Source: a virus
Lineage: Duplodnaviria > Caudoviricetes
Length of the DNA stretch: 64,000 nucleotides
IMG/VR virus record: IMGVR_UViG_3300031867_000037
Span: 1 to 64,000 of that record
Direction: 5' to 3' (one strand)
Positions 42,709 through 53,576 of this stretch are shown here, one piece after another (position 1 is the first letter of the stretch; every line of letters begins with the position of its first letter). The translations under genes and the position numbers were made by a program. Under the pieces are notes generated by a model that made no database searches, was not told where the DNA came from, and saw nothing but the letters and a program-made list of their open reading frames with translations.

Positions 42709-42710
42709 TC

Positions 42711-43919
42711 ATGTTAAGTGATAACGCCATTGACAATCTTGTACAACCTATTGTAGACAGACAAGAATCTATCAATATGTACGTTATCCTAAAAATGGCT
42801 GATAGATTAAAAGCTGTGCGAGAACTTTCCAGACGAGATGTAGAAAAATTACGAACTTTAGCAGTAACGGGCGCAGATGTACGTGAAATCAATAAAGAAC
42901 TTGCCAAACAATCTGGTTTACAAGAACGGGATATTAAGAACTTAATAAAAACTGTCGGTGCAGATACCTATAAAGACACAAAACCATTTTATGATTACAG
43001 GCATAAATCTTATATACCGTTTGAGAAGAACAGAAAAATGCAACGTATAGTATCTGGAATTGCAAACCAAACTAGAGATACTTACAAAAATATTTCCAAT
43101 TCATCTGCCACAGGATTTGTTATACGTGATAGAGATAATCCTCTTAGAACGCATTTTTATAAAATAGAGGATACCTATAGAAAAATTATTGATGAAGCTA
43201 TACAGGCGTCCTTAACGGGATTAGTAAGTTCTGATACCGCTATTAACTGGGCAATAAAACAATTACTTAATAGCGGTATCAGACGAATTTCTTGGGATAG
43301 CGGTTATACACAGCGATTAGACACAGCAGTAAGAAGAAACGTATTGGAAGGCGTTAAGTTAGTCAAACAAGCAATAAATGACGAAGCTGGAAAGGATTTT
43401 GACGCAGATGGAAAAGAACTAAGCGCACACATGAATTCCGCACCAGACCATGAACCGTTTCAAGGACATATTTTTACAAATGCTGAGTGGAATAAAATAC
43501 AAACATGCAATGACTTTGAAGACATTAACGGCCAAAAATTTTCTGGCGTAGATAGAATTATAGGCGTTTGGAATTGTAAACACGTTGCTACTTCAATCGT
43601 TATAGCAAAGCATAAACCCAAATATACTCCAGAACAGTTACAAAAGTTTATAGACGATAACGCAGAAGGCTATACTGCACCGGACGGTAAACACATGACA
43701 CTGTATCAATGCACACAGAAACAAAGACGCATGGAAACTAGAATACGATATGCAAAAGAAGAACAGATGGCAATGAAAGAATTAGGAAATAAAACAGGTA
43801 AAATACTTGCACGGCAAAAAGTTATACAGTTTACAAACGATTATAAAGCATTTAGTAAAGCATGTGGATTACCAACGAAGATGAAACGCTGTGGCGTATC
43901 TGGGTATACCGCATACTAA
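42711..43919 (+). CDS. phage minor capsid protein (MuF/min_cap2-like)
   Basis: SAHMNSAPDHEPFQG, WNCKH, QRRMETRIRYAK. Confidence 0.8.
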   Translation: MLSDNAIDNLVQPIVDRQESINMYVILKMADRLKAVRELSRRDVEKLRTLAVTGADVREINKELAKQSGLQERDIKNLIKTVGADTYKDTKPFYDYRHKSYIPFEKNRKMQRIVSGIANQTRDTYKNISNSSATGFVIRDRDNPLRTHFYKIEDTYRKIIDEAIQASLTGLVSSDTAINWAIKQLLNSGIRRISWDSGYTQRLDTAVRRNVLEGVKLVKQAINDEAGKDFDADGKELSAHMNSAPDHEPFQGHIFTNAEWNKIQTCNDFEDINGQKFSGVDRIIGVWNCKHVATSIVIAKHKPKYTPEQLQKFIDDNAEGYTAPDGKHMTLYQCTQKQRRMETRIRYAKEEQMAMKELGNKTGKILARQKVIQFTNDYKAFSKACGLPTKMKRCGVSGYTAY

Positions 43920-43949
43920 AAATACGTATATACGTATATAAAATTCGTG

Positions 43950-43978
43950 TTTACAAAGTGGAATAAATGTTTTATAAT
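43950..43978 (+). promoter_or_regulatory. promoter TTTACA-17-TATAAT
   Basis: Upstream of structured leader and scaffold gene. Confidence 0.7.
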
Positions 43979-43984
43979 ACTATT

Positions 43985-44165
43985 GGGTTGATGCTTGTTT
44001 GTCATTGGTTCTTCTTTCGTGATGGTTGAGTGCTAGGACATTTGTTCTGCACTCAACTTTCAAGCATTTGCCCGTTGCGAATGACAACATTTAAAAACAT
44101 TCACATTCTACCGCCAAACTGCCCGGCGGACATATAAGTTTGCAGACATAAAGAAGAATGTAAAA
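43985..44165 (+). ncRNA. structured 5' leader of scaffold/capsid genes
   Basis: Helices ATGCTTG/CAAGCAT, GTTGAGTGC/GCACTCAAC, CCGCC/GGCGG, ACATTCT/AGAATGT. Confidence 0.55.
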
Positions 44166-44175
44166 GGAGCTATGT

Positions 44176-44814
44176 ATGACAGTAAAGGAAATCTTTGACA
44201 AAGCGCAGGATGGAACACTCACATGGGAGCAGTTTCAAACTGCAATGGGCGACTCAAAATTTGTGGACTTGACAGAAGGTAATTATGTATCTAAACAGAA
44301 ATATGATGATGAAATTTCTCAAAGGGATACACGCATTACAGAACTTACAACAACAATTTCCGCAAGAGACACCGATTTAGCAACCCTACAACAGACACTA
44401 AAGGATGCTGGTGATGTTGAGGCTTTAAAGAAAGCGTCCGCTGATTTAGCAGAGTTACAGCAGAGATACGACAAAGAAACAAAGGACTATCAGAAACAGC
44501 TTACAAAACAGGCGTATGAATTTGCAGTAAAAGAATTTGCCAATACTAAGACATTTTCTAGCAATGCCGCAAAAAGAGATTTTACGAACGCTTTACTTGC
44601 AAAGAATCTTAATCTGGAAGACGGTAGAATTATTGGAGCAGAAGATTTTGTACAGATTTATACAAAAGATAATGCAGACGCATTTGTTACTCCGAAAACT
44701 GAACCGAAACCACAATTTGTAAGCGGTCCTGGTAAGAAAGAATCTGCTAAATTAACATTAACAGAAATGATGCAATTAAAAAATAACGACCCTAATGCAG
44801 TTATTGATTTTTAA
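44176..44814 (+). CDS. capsid scaffolding protein (Phage_GP20-like)
   Basis: GNYVSKQKYD, coiled coil; precedes MCP. Confidence 0.8.
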   Translation: MTVKEIFDKAQDGTLTWEQFQTAMGDSKFVDLTEGNYVSKQKYDDEISQRDTRITELTTTISARDTDLATLQQTLKDAGDVEALKKASADLAELQQRYDKETKDYQKQLTKQAYEFAVKEFANTKTFSSNAAKRDFTNALLAKNLNLEDGRIIGAEDFVQIYTKDNADAFVTPKTEPKPQFVSGPGKKESAKLTLTEMMQLKNNDPNAVIDF

Positions 44815-44827
44815 CGGAGGTTAAATT

Positions 44828-46036
44828 ATGCCGTATTTTGATTCTAAAATTTTTAATGGTGAGGTATTCCAGAAGTATGTCGATAGAGTACCGAACCTCA
44901 AACTTAATGAACTGCTTAAATCCAGAGCAGTTACTTCCCGTCAGGACTTAGCAAGTGCTATGGCTGACCAAGTTGGTGGTAATTATATCACTACTCCGCT
45001 GAAAGGCCTTATTAGCGGAACTACGCCGCTCAACTATGACGGTGTAACAGATATTACATCCCAGAATACACAGACATTCAGCCATTCTAGAGTAGTCGTT
45101 GGTCGTGCGCAGGCATGGACTGAGAAAGACTTCTCTTATGATATTACAGGCGGTGTAGATTTCATGGAGAATGTCGCACAGCAGGTCGCTGAGTACTGGG
45201 ATGAAATTGACCAGGCAACTCTTGTTTCTATTCTTACTGGCGTATTCAGTATGTCTGATACAGAAGGTGCAAGATTTGTTTCTGAGCATACTCACGATAT
45301 TACCGCAGTTGCTAACAGCGAAGGTAGAACAGGTTTCATGGATGCTACTTCTCTGAATACAGCCATTCAGAAGGCATGCGGTGACCACAAGAACAAATTT
45401 AGTCTCGCAATTATGCATTCCGTAGTTGCAACAAATCTTGAGAACATGAAGGTCCTTGTTTACCTCAAGTATAACGATGCAAACGGCATGGAGCGTGAGA
45501 CTGGACTTGCTACACTGAATGGTAGACTTGTCATTGTTGATGATAGTATGCCGGTCCTGGAAGACCCGAATACTGCAACTTTCTCTAAGACAACTGATAC
45601 AGCGGTTACAGCAGGTAAGACTTACTACACAAGAACAGGTTCTTCCGGCAATTATACTTACACAGTAGTTGTTAATCCGCAGGATTCTTCTATTAATTCT
45701 TATTATGAGAAGACTGGTAACGGTAATCCGGTTTATGTAACATTCCTGTTTGGTGACGGCGCTATCGAGTATACGAACTGCGGCGCTAAAGTTCCGGCAG
45801 AAATGAGCCGTGACCCGAAGACTAATGGTGGTCAGGATACACTGTACAACAGACAGAGAAAATGTTTCTCCCCGTACGGTATTTCTTTCACGAAAGCCCA
45901 CATGTCTACTCTGTCTCCGACAGACGCAGAACTGTCTGACGGCGCTAACTGGGAGCTTGTTAATACAGGCGGCGCAAACAAGAAGTACATCAATCTGAAA
46001 GCTATCCCGATTGCACGTATCCTTTCTCTCGGCTAA
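44828..46036 (+). CDS. major capsid protein
   Basis: Strong codon bias; FNGEVF.KY, MHSVVAT, GRLVIVDD motifs. Confidence 0.85.
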   Translation: MPYFDSKIFNGEVFQKYVDRVPNLKLNELLKSRAVTSRQDLASAMADQVGGNYITTPLKGLISGTTPLNYDGVTDITSQNTQTFSHSRVVVGRAQAWTEKDFSYDITGGVDFMENVAQQVAEYWDEIDQATLVSILTGVFSMSDTEGARFVSEHTHDITAVANSEGRTGFMDATSLNTAIQKACGDHKNKFSLAIMHSVVATNLENMKVLVYLKYNDANGMERETGLATLNGRLVIVDDSMPVLEDPNTATFSKTTDTAVTAGKTYYTRTGSSGNYTYTVVVNPQDSSINSYYEKTGNGNPVYVTFLFGDGAIEYTNCGAKVPAEMSRDPKTNGGQDTLYNRQRKCFSPYGISFTKAHMSTLSPTDAELSDGANWELVNTGGANKKYINLKAIPIARILSLG

Positions 46037-46065
46037 TACGATTTTTACGAAGGCGGTGAATTTTA

Positions 46066-46491
46066 ATGTATCTTACATATGAAGAATATCAAGTATTTGG
46101 TGGTACATTAGAAGAAACCGCCTTTAATGATATTGAATTTGAAGCAGAATCTTACATAGATTGGTATACATTTAATCGTTTATGGAAACAAACAGAATAT
46201 CCAGAACGACTAAAGAAGTGCGTATTCCACATAATTCGTTTACTTGAACGGCAACTTGCTCTAATGGGTCAACCGGTTACAACGTCTGGACAGTCTGGTG
46301 ATACAGGCGGTTCACAGATTGCGTCAATGTCAAATGACGGTGTTTCTATTAGCTATAATGTAGTTAATGCACATGAAGCACTAGAACTTACACGGCGAGA
46401 AGTTGATAAAACTATAGAGAAACAACTTGCAGGAGTAACGAATAATCTAGGAAAGAAATTATTATACAGAGGAATATATCCCGATGAATAA
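46066..46491 (+). CDS. head-tail adaptor protein
   Basis: YLTYEEY...IDWYTFNR...SNDGVSISY...LLYRG. Confidence 0.75.
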   Translation: MYLTYEEYQVFGGTLEETAFNDIEFEAESYIDWYTFNRLWKQTEYPERLKKCVFHIIRLLERQLALMGQPVTTSGQSGDTGGSQIASMSNDGVSISYNVVNAHEALELTRREVDKTIEKQLAGVTNNLGKKLLYRGIYPDE

Positions 46492-46933
46492 TATATATCC
46501 GCCTTGGTGGAATACTACAATCACTCTTTATAATAAATTTGTTGACCCTCAGACTAATATAGTTAAATGGTATAGACACGTAATAAGAGGCACATTTTGG
46601 AAATATGCCGGCAATAAAGTTGTCATTGATAAAACAGTTTTAGAAACCAACGATATAATTTGTCGAATTCGTAAAGACGAATTATTTAAAAACAAATTTG
46701 AATGGGTTCGACTTCCTAATGATGAAATGCCAAACTATTTCACACTTGCGCCGGAAGATGTTATTATAAAGGGAGAAGTCGATGATGAAATAAATGAATA
46801 CCAATCTGGAAAACGTGCAACAGATTTAAAGAAGAAGTACAAAAATTTACAAGGTTGTTTAGAGATTCAGCAATGGACAGATAATACTGGTGATGAACGT
46901 GGTATAGAACACTACTACGTGAAAGGAATATAA
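46484..46933 (+). CDS. head closure-like protein
   Basis: Synteny; TITLYNK. Confidence 0.6.
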   Translation: MNNIYPPWWNTTITLYNKFVDPQTNIVKWYRHVIRGTFWKYAGNKVVIDKTVLETNDIICRIRKDELFKNKFEWVRLPNDEMPNYFTLAPEDVIIKGEVDDEINEYQSGKRATDLKKKYKNLQGCLEIQQWTDNTGDERGIEHYYVKGI

Positions 46934-47400
46934 TGGCTAGAAGTCCTACTGTAAACATACAAGTAAGTCATTTTCGTACAAATAAACAACAGGAATTACT
47001 CAAACTGTTAAATGATAATTCCGTACGAAAAGAAATAAATACGATGATAAAAGACGCCATTAATAATTTTGTTCCTTACGATGAAGGTAGATTACGCCGT
47101 TCAGCCTTAGTAACGCATAAGTCCATTACGTGGGGCAGAAATCTTGGGCATGCCCACTATCAATATGAAGGACAAGTATACGGGCCGAATATTCCAGTAA
47201 TAAAGAACGGCGAAATCGTTCGATGGGTTTCACCGCCAGGCAAAAAGAAATATCCTACAGGCAGAAGGTTACGATATTCTACACCGGGAACACAAGACCA
47301 CTGGGATGAAGCCTTTAAAGGTCCTGTAAAGTTAGCGACTAACCAAGAAATCACCAGATATTTAAAACGATTGTGTAAGGAACGAGGATTAAAAGCATGA
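46933..47400 (+). CDS. minor capsid / tail completion protein
   Basis: FVPYDEGRLRRSA...AHYQYEG...W. Confidence 0.7.
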   Translation: MARSPTVNIQVSHFRTNKQQELLKLLNDNSVRKEINTMIKDAINNFVPYDEGRLRRSALVTHKSITWGRNLGHAHYQYEGQVYGPNIPVIKNGEIVRWVSPPGKKKYPTGRRLRYSTPGTQDHWDEAFKGPVKLATNQEITRYLKRLCKERGLKA

Positions 47401-47879
47401 CGGTAGATAAAAATAGTGCAGTAATTGAATATTTTTTAAACTGTCCTGTAATACTAGAAAATCCTTTGTACTTCAACTTTATTAATGCCGAAGATAATAC
47501 AAATCAAATTGTAACCCAAACAACAGAACGATATGCCGAAAGAAAATATGTGGACGGCAGTGTTCTGAAAACATATACCTTTACTCTCATTATTCATAAA
47601 TCTGTGGCAGATATACCTATTGTAAAAGTGTCAGGATACCCAAATGAAAATATGCTTGATATATCAGATGTGCAAGCAATTATTGATTGGATAAGTACAC
47701 AAGACGATGCACACACTTATCCAGATTTTGGTACAGACTGTATTATTGAATCTATGTCAACTACTACAGACACGCCAAGTTTTGATGGCATAGACGATGA
47801 ACCATCACCGGCACTTGCAGTATATAGCATAACAGTAGAAATAAAATACTTAGACATAAGCAAACAAATTTGGAGGTAA
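47397..47879 (+). CDS. tail terminator-like protein
   Basis: Synteny before major tail protein. Confidence 0.6.
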   Translation: MTVDKNSAVIEYFLNCPVILENPLYFNFINAEDNTNQIVTQTTERYAERKYVDGSVLKTYTFTLIIHKSVADIPIVKVSGYPNENMLDISDVQAIIDWISTQDDAHTYPDFGTDCIIESMSTTTDTPSFDGIDDEPSPALAVYSITVEIKYLDISKQIWR

Positions 47880-47885
47880 TTTATT

Positions 47886-48398
47886 ATGGCAGTTTCACCG
47901 TTTAACCTTGCCGATGGCCAGAGAGCCGAACGAAAATTACTTATTACCGTAGCAGAGTGGACAGAAGGCAGTACGCAGGTGCGTGAACTTCTTGGTAGAC
48001 GTACAGAGGATTCTAGTATTGACTATAATCCGGACATTGAAACAACTACTGACATTCTCGGTAATAACTATACTGATATGAACAGAACACAGCCGCAACA
48101 GGATTTCGACCCGTACACAATTCTTGGCGGCTCAAAACTTGGCGCTAAACTTAATGATATTAGACGGAGAAATGCTCTGTCTGAACTGAATCAGTTTACC
48201 GTATATATCATTACGGCATTTGTTGGCACAAGTGGTTCCTATGAAGCTGAAAAACATGTTGACTGTACAATTACTTACAACAGCATTGGTGGAGATTCTA
48301 CAGTTAATATGCCGATTTCTGTATATTTCAGCAACAAGATTACACTCGGTACAGTTGATAAGTTGGCGGATGATTTCACATTCACTGAGGCATCATAA
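47886..48398 (+). CDS. major tail protein
   Basis: Synteny; strong RBS; beta-rich. Confidence 0.7.
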   Translation: MAVSPFNLADGQRAERKLLITVAEWTEGSTQVRELLGRRTEDSSIDYNPDIETTTDILGNNYTDMNRTQPQQDFDPYTILGGSKLGAKLNDIRRRNALSELNQFTVYIITAFVGTSGSYEAEKHVDCTITYNSIGGDSTVNMPISVYFSNKITLGTVDKLADDFTFTEAS

Positions 48399-48424
48399 TT
48401 AATACGAAAGAAGAGGTAGTTACA

Positions 48425-48910
48425 ATGGCAAGCAAGCGCAAATATGACGGCGAGTTAGATTTAAGATTATCTAGTCGGAAAAGATTTAGAATTGATGGTG
48501 ACGATAATAGAGTCCTGGAGTTAAATACATCAGACCTTAATCTTATTACTAGATTAAGAAGTGCATATCCGCAACTTAAAGATATTGCACAGAACGCATT
48601 TAAAGATTTACCGGATGCGGTTATCGAAGATGAAAATTATGATTTCATGGAAGATGAAGCAACAAGTAAACTTTCCGAAGCGTTACAGGATGCAGATACA
48701 AAAATGCGGTCGTTACTTGATTACATTTTTGATTCTAATGTATCGGAATTATGTGCGCCACACGGTTCTATGTTTGACCCAGTTAATGGTAAACTCAGAT
48801 TTGAGCATATCATTGACACACTCGCACCGTTATATGAAACTGACATATCAACCGAAATGAATAAAGTGACTGCTAACGTGAGTAAGCACACAGCGAAGTA
48901 TACAAAATAA
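48425..48910 (+). CDS. tail assembly chaperone
   Basis: Synteny between MTP and TMP. Confidence 0.6.
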   Translation: MASKRKYDGELDLRLSSRKRFRIDGDDNRVLELNTSDLNLITRLRSAYPQLKDIAQNAFKDLPDAVIEDENYDFMEDEATSKLSEALQDADTKMRSLLDYIFDSNVSELCAPHGSMFDPVNGKLRFEHIIDTLAPLYETDISTEMNKVTANVSKHTAKYTK

Positions 48911-48911
48911 T

Positions 48912-49496
48912 ATGTATGAAATTCCTACAACCGTACGAATAAATGGTGAGGAATACGCAATAAGAAATGATGGGGACTACCGAGTAATTTTGGATTGTTT
49001 CTTAGCGTTAGAAGATGATACGCTAGATTCCAAAGAGAGATTGCTGGCGGCCCTCATCATTTTTTATGAGGATTTTAATAGTATTCAGGACGTTTATTCG
49101 TTTGAATATTTGGAAGAAGCAGTTACGGGAATGTATAATTTCTTTAACTGCGGTCAAGAGCCGTCTGAAAATAACTCCGTCAATTATAAATTGATTGATT
49201 GGGAGAAAGATTCTCAGCTTATATGTTCCGCAATAAATAAAGTTGCCAATAAAGAAATTCGTGCAGAAAAGTATTTACATTGGTGGACATTTATGGGTTA
49301 TTATGCGGCGATAGGTGAATCTGCGCTAACAACTATTATTCATATAAGAGATAAAATAGTTAGGCAGGAACGGCTCGATAAATCGGAGCGAAAATATAAG
49401 CAAAGAAATCCGCAATACTTTGACTGGAATCATAGTTCAGTTGAACAGCGAGAAGCGGATAGACTTGTTACAGAACTTTGGAATAGTGGTGTATAA
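48912..49496 (+). CDS. A118 Gp15-like tail chaperone
   Basis: IDWEKD...I...LHWWTF. Confidence 0.75.
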   Translation: MYEIPTTVRINGEEYAIRNDGDYRVILDCFLALEDDTLDSKERLLAALIIFYEDFNSIQDVYSFEYLEEAVTGMYNFFNCGQEPSENNSVNYKLIDWEKDSQLICSAINKVANKEIRAEKYLHWWTFMGYYAAIGESALTTIIHIRDKIVRQERLDKSERKYKQRNPQYFDWNHSSVEQREADRLVTELWNSGV

Positions 49497-49499
49497 AAC

Positions 49500-52400
49500 A
49501 TGGCTGATATTACATTATCTGTTGATTTAGATGCCAGTGCTGTAAAAAGTACCTCAGATAGTTTACAGCAGGACGTTAAAGACATATTCGATAAGGCAAG
49601 TAGCGCAAAAGATTTGTCTGCGCCATTTAAAAATCTACTTGCAACAATGGATAGATTAGCCCAAAAAAGTGCATCTATAAAACAAAAACTTGAGGACTTA
49701 GAAAAAACTCCAAATGTCGCAACACCAGAGTACGCAAAATTAAGCGCCGAGTATGATAAACTTATTGCAAAACAAGATAGACTTAATGACCGAATGACTA
49801 AATTCAAAGCATTAGGTGGTAATGTAAGCAGTAAGTCTTATAAATCCATGCAGTATGATATGAGCGAACTTAGCGCACAAATAGCAAAAGTACAGGCTCA
49901 GAAAGACAAACTGGAAACGGCAGGCCAAGCATTTACACCTGTAGTAGATACCACACAATATCAGAATCTTTTGACACAGCTTAACGGTGTTAATAATCAA
50001 CTTACATTATGTCGAGACAAGGCACAAGCATTTAGTGAAGTCAAAGTAGATACAGGTATATTTGATAGATTAAAGTCTGCTATAGGCAATGTTGGTACTG
50101 CTATTCAATCCGGTCTCGGTAATTTAAAATCATATTTTAGTAGTTTATCGGGTGTAGTTCCGCCAATATCAATGATTGGCGTTGCATTTACAAACGTAGC
50201 AATGGTGGCAACAAGAGCAATTGGCGGTATTTTTGGACTACTTGCCAAATTACCCGGCGGTGCAGTAAAAGCCGGGTCGGCCATTTTAAAAATTGGTAGC
50301 GGCGCAAAACAAGCACTAACGCCTGTTGTTAAACTTTATAACAACGTGCTAAAACTTGCAGGCGGCGGTATTTTAAATGGCTTAAAAAAATTAGGTTCTG
50401 CCATAGCTAGTGTGGGAAAACATGCAGGTTCGTCAAGTAGCGGATTTGAGAAGGGATTTAAGTCCTTTATTCGATACGGACTTGGTGTACGTTCTATATT
50501 TGCTCTCATTAATAAATTAAGACGGGCACTAATTTCTGGCTTTGAGAATCTGGCACAAGTACATGAACCGTTCAATCGTTCAGTATCTAATATAATCTCC
50601 TCAGTTAATTTATTAAAAAACACAGTAGCAGGAGCATTTGCACCTATTATCGAAGCTGTAGAACCAGCACTTGTTCGATTAATCAATTTATTTAGTGAAG
50701 CGACCGTAAAAGTAGGTCAATTTATTGCGGCAATTACTGGTAAAGAGTTTGTTCGTGCAAATTATGTACAAAAAGATTATGCGGCATCATTAGACGCAAC
50801 AAAGAAAAAGAATCAAGCGGCAGCCAAAGCGGCAAAAGCGGCAGCCAAAGCGGCAAAAAAACAGGCGAAAGAAGAGGAAGAACTTAAAAAACAATTACTA
50901 GGATTCGATGATGTAGAAATACTTCACGAGGATAAAGATAACGATACCGACACGACTACTGACCCAACTGCTGGACTTGACGATACACTAGACGCACTCC
51001 AAGACGATTTCTCTTTTACTGAATCTCCTATAGAAAGTGCTATAGAGACATTTGTTGAAAGATTTAAAAAAGCGTGGCTAAATGCTGACTTTTACGATAT
51101 AGGAAGAATTGTAGGCGAAAAACTTAAAAAAGCATTAGATAGTATTCCGTGGGATTATATAAAAGAGACAGCATGGAGAATAGCAAAAAGTCTGGCAACA
51201 TTTTTAAACGGCTTTATAGAAACTCCTGGATTATTCGCTTCTATAGGGCACACTATTGCAGAAGCGTTAAATACTGGACTGATTTTTGCTAATACTTTCT
51301 TGGAAAACTTTCATTTTGACAGTTTTGCGAAAGCCATCGGTGAAGGTATAAATACTGCTGTAAAAGATTTTGACTGGAATTTATTAGTTACGACCATAGA
51401 CAATGCGATTAACGGAGCATTAACATTTGCATATAATCTTATTAACTCTGTTGATTGGACTACAATGGTGTCGAATGTCGCCAACAGTTTGAACAATGCA
51501 TTTACAGGTATTGATTGGAACCTACTCGCATCCACATTAGTTGACGGTATAAATACTGTATTTGATATATGGTACACATTTGTTACGACTTTTGATTTTT
51601 CAGAATTCGGTATACGAATAGGAACCGCAATATCAAGAGTATTACAAGAAGTTAATTGGGCAGAAGGCGGGGCAAGTTTAGCCGGCACAATCAACGGTAT
51701 CTTCCATGCATTGAACGGATTTATAATGGCGACAGACTGGAGAGCGTTAGGTAAGGCTGTTATTGATGCAGTAGCAGGATTTTTCATTGAATTTGATGCA
51801 AGTGCCGCAGGTGAATTTTTAGGCAATATTCCGATTGTAATATTTGAAACACTTTCTGGTGCAATTCAAGCAGTAGACTGGGCACAACTGCCGACCAACA
51901 TTATAAATTTCATAAAAGACTTCTTATCCGGATTTAATTGGGCAGAAATTGCCAACTTGGCAGGAGAACTTATTGGTGCCGCATTTAAAGCACTTGTAGA
52001 AGTTGGCGGCACATTATTGCAAACAATTAAAGAATGTTTCCACGCAATTATAGACGGTGGCAAAGAGGGAATAGTAGATGCGTTAAAAGATATAGGCACA
52101 TGGATATATGACCACATATTTAAACCGTTTATAGACGGATTTAAAGCCGCATTTGGAATCCACTCTCCTGCCGAAACTATGAAACCGCTTGGCGCCAATA
52201 TTATACAAGGTCTCTACACAGGAATTACAGACATTATTAAAAATGTTGGCATTTGGGTAAAAACGAATATTGCCGATAAGTTTATTACAGCAGTAAAAAA
52301 CGGATTTGGTTTACTTGGTGGAGCGGCTAATCGAATGTTCTCTATCGGTAAATCTGCTATTGAAGGGTTCAAATCCGGTGCGTCAAATGTCATGACAACT

Positions 52401-53561
52401 GCTGGAACTTGGATTAAGAACAATATTGCTGACCCAATTCTCAATCACTTTAAAGGCAACTTCGGTATTGCCAATAATGATTCAAAGACGTTCTCTAACT
52501 ACGGCAGTACAGTTGTCGGTAGTTTACGAAGCGGTATCTCCAATAGTTCTAGTAAGCCAGTTGAAGAAATTTCTTCCATGCAGTCTAGGATGCAAAATGT
52601 TATTACTTCTACAATGAGTAAGTGGTTAGACCACGGCCGTGATTTAATTAGTAATCTCAGCGATGGCATTAAACGTACAACTGATGAAAGTAGAAGAAAG
52701 GTAGAGGACTTATTACAGAGACTTCAAGAAACGGTCAATTCTTATAGAGCAAGATTTAGACAAGCCGGTGAAGAACTTGCTGAAAACATGGCAGACGGGT
52801 TTAGTAGACAATCTCGTTATTTACAGCAAGTAGCAAGGGAAGTTGCCGAAGATATGTATTATAGCTTTACACAGGCTGACTGGTACAGAATCGGTGAAAG
52901 TATCGTGGACGGTATTTATAGGGGTGTTACAGACAATTCTGGCTCTCTCAATATATTGGCTCATAATACAGCTATTGATATGTATAATGCGGCTCGTGAA
53001 GCACTTGATATTCATTCTCCGTCTAGAAAATTCGGATGGATTGGTGAAATGTCTATGAAAGGTTTAGCCGGTGGTGTATTAGATAACAAGGGCACAGTTA
53101 TTTCAAAAATCACTGACATAACCAATGCAATGGAAAAAGAAGCAGAAAAGGCTAGTCCGTCTATTACAATCTCAGAATCAATAGGAGATTGGATAAGGTA
53201 TTTAGATACAGTACTTTCTACATTCGGAAATATGGTATCAGCAGAATTTGATAGATTAGTTGCGTCAATGGGAACATTATCTGCCTATAATGTTCCTGCA
53301 GTAGCACAAGGAAGAATTGTTCCGCCTAGTTCATTTAATAGATTTAATCAGTCGCAAGACTTAATAAATCTGCAAAGGACATTAGATAATTTATCAAGTT
53401 CTATAATAACCTATGATGATTTACAGGCAATTATTGTATCTGCTTTCCAACAGTATCTTAATATCAATTTCTATCTTGAAGATGAACAGCTTGCCCGTCA
53501 TGCAAATGCTGGCAACTTGAAATTAGATAGAAGATATAATATAATTAACAAAACACGATAA
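49500..53561 (+). CDS. tape measure protein
   Basis: 1353 aa, helical, W/F periodic repeats, HSPS motifs. Confidence 0.92.
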   Translation: MADITLSVDLDASAVKSTSDSLQQDVKDIFDKASSAKDLSAPFKNLLATMDRLAQKSASIKQKLEDLEKTPNVATPEYAKLSAEYDKLIAKQDRLNDRMTKFKALGGNVSSKSYKSMQYDMSELSAQIAKVQAQKDKLETAGQAFTPVVDTTQYQNLLTQLNGVNNQLTLCRDKAQAFSEVKVDTGIFDRLKSAIGNVGTAIQSGLGNLKSYFSSLSGVVPPISMIGVAFTNVAMVATRAIGGIFGLLAKLPGGAVKAGSAILKIGSGAKQALTPVVKLYNNVLKLAGGGILNGLKKLGSAIASVGKHAGSSSSGFEKGFKSFIRYGLGVRSIFALINKLRRALISGFENLAQVHEPFNRSVSNIISSVNLLKNTVAGAFAPIIEAVEPALVRLINLFSEATVKVGQFIAAITGKEFVRANYVQKDYAASLDATKKKNQAAAKAAKAAAKAAKKQAKEEEELKKQLLGFDDVEILHEDKDNDTDTTTDPTAGLDDTLDALQDDFSFTESPIESAIETFVERFKKAWLNADFYDIGRIVGEKLKKALDSIPWDYIKETAWRIAKSLATFLNGFIETPGLFASIGHTIAEALNTGLIFANTFLENFHFDSFAKAIGEGINTAVKDFDWNLLVTTIDNAINGALTFAYNLINSVDWTTMVSNVANSLNNAFTGIDWNLLASTLVDGINTVFDIWYTFVTTFDFSEFGIRIGTAISRVLQEVNWAEGGASLAGTINGIFHALNGFIMATDWRALGKAVIDAVAGFFIEFDASAAGEFLGNIPIVIFETLSGAIQAVDWAQLPTNIINFIKDFLSGFNWAEIANLAGELIGAAFKALVEVGGTLLQTIKECFHAIIDGGKEGIVDALKDIGTWIYDHIFKPFIDGFKAAFGIHSPAETMKPLGANIIQGLYTGITDIIKNVGIWVKTNIADKFITAVKNGFGLLGGAANRMFSIGKSAIEGFKSGASNVMTTAGTWIKNNIADPILNHFKGNFGIANNDSKTFSNYGSTVVGSLRSGISNSSSKPVEEISSMQSRMQNVITSTMSKWLDHGRDLISNLSDGIKRTTDESRRKVEDLLQRLQETVNSYRARFRQAGEELAENMADGFSRQSRYLQQVAREVAEDMYYSFTQADWYRIGESIVDGIYRGVTDNSGSLNILAHNTAIDMYNAAREALDIHSPSRKFGWIGEMSMKGLAGGVLDNKGTVISKITDITNAMEKEAEKASPSITISESIGDWIRYLDTVLSTFGNMVSAEFDRLVASMGTLSAYNVPAVAQGRIVPPSSFNRFNQSQDLINLQRTLDNLSSSIITYDDLQAIIVSAFQQYLNINFYLEDEQLARHANAGNLKLDRRYNIINKTR

Positions 53562-53576
53562 TTGGAGAGGTGATAT

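Noticed and set aside
44948-45901. 317-aa antisense ORF
   Set aside because: Shadow of the codon-biased major capsid gene.
48425-49496. Programmed -1 frameshift between tail chaperones
   Set aside because: No clear XXXYYYZ slippery site at the end of the first ORF, and the second ORF has its own ATG.
50817-50858. 21-bp duplication in tape measure gene
   Set aside because: Simple in-frame AAAKAAK duplication, ordinary for TMPs.
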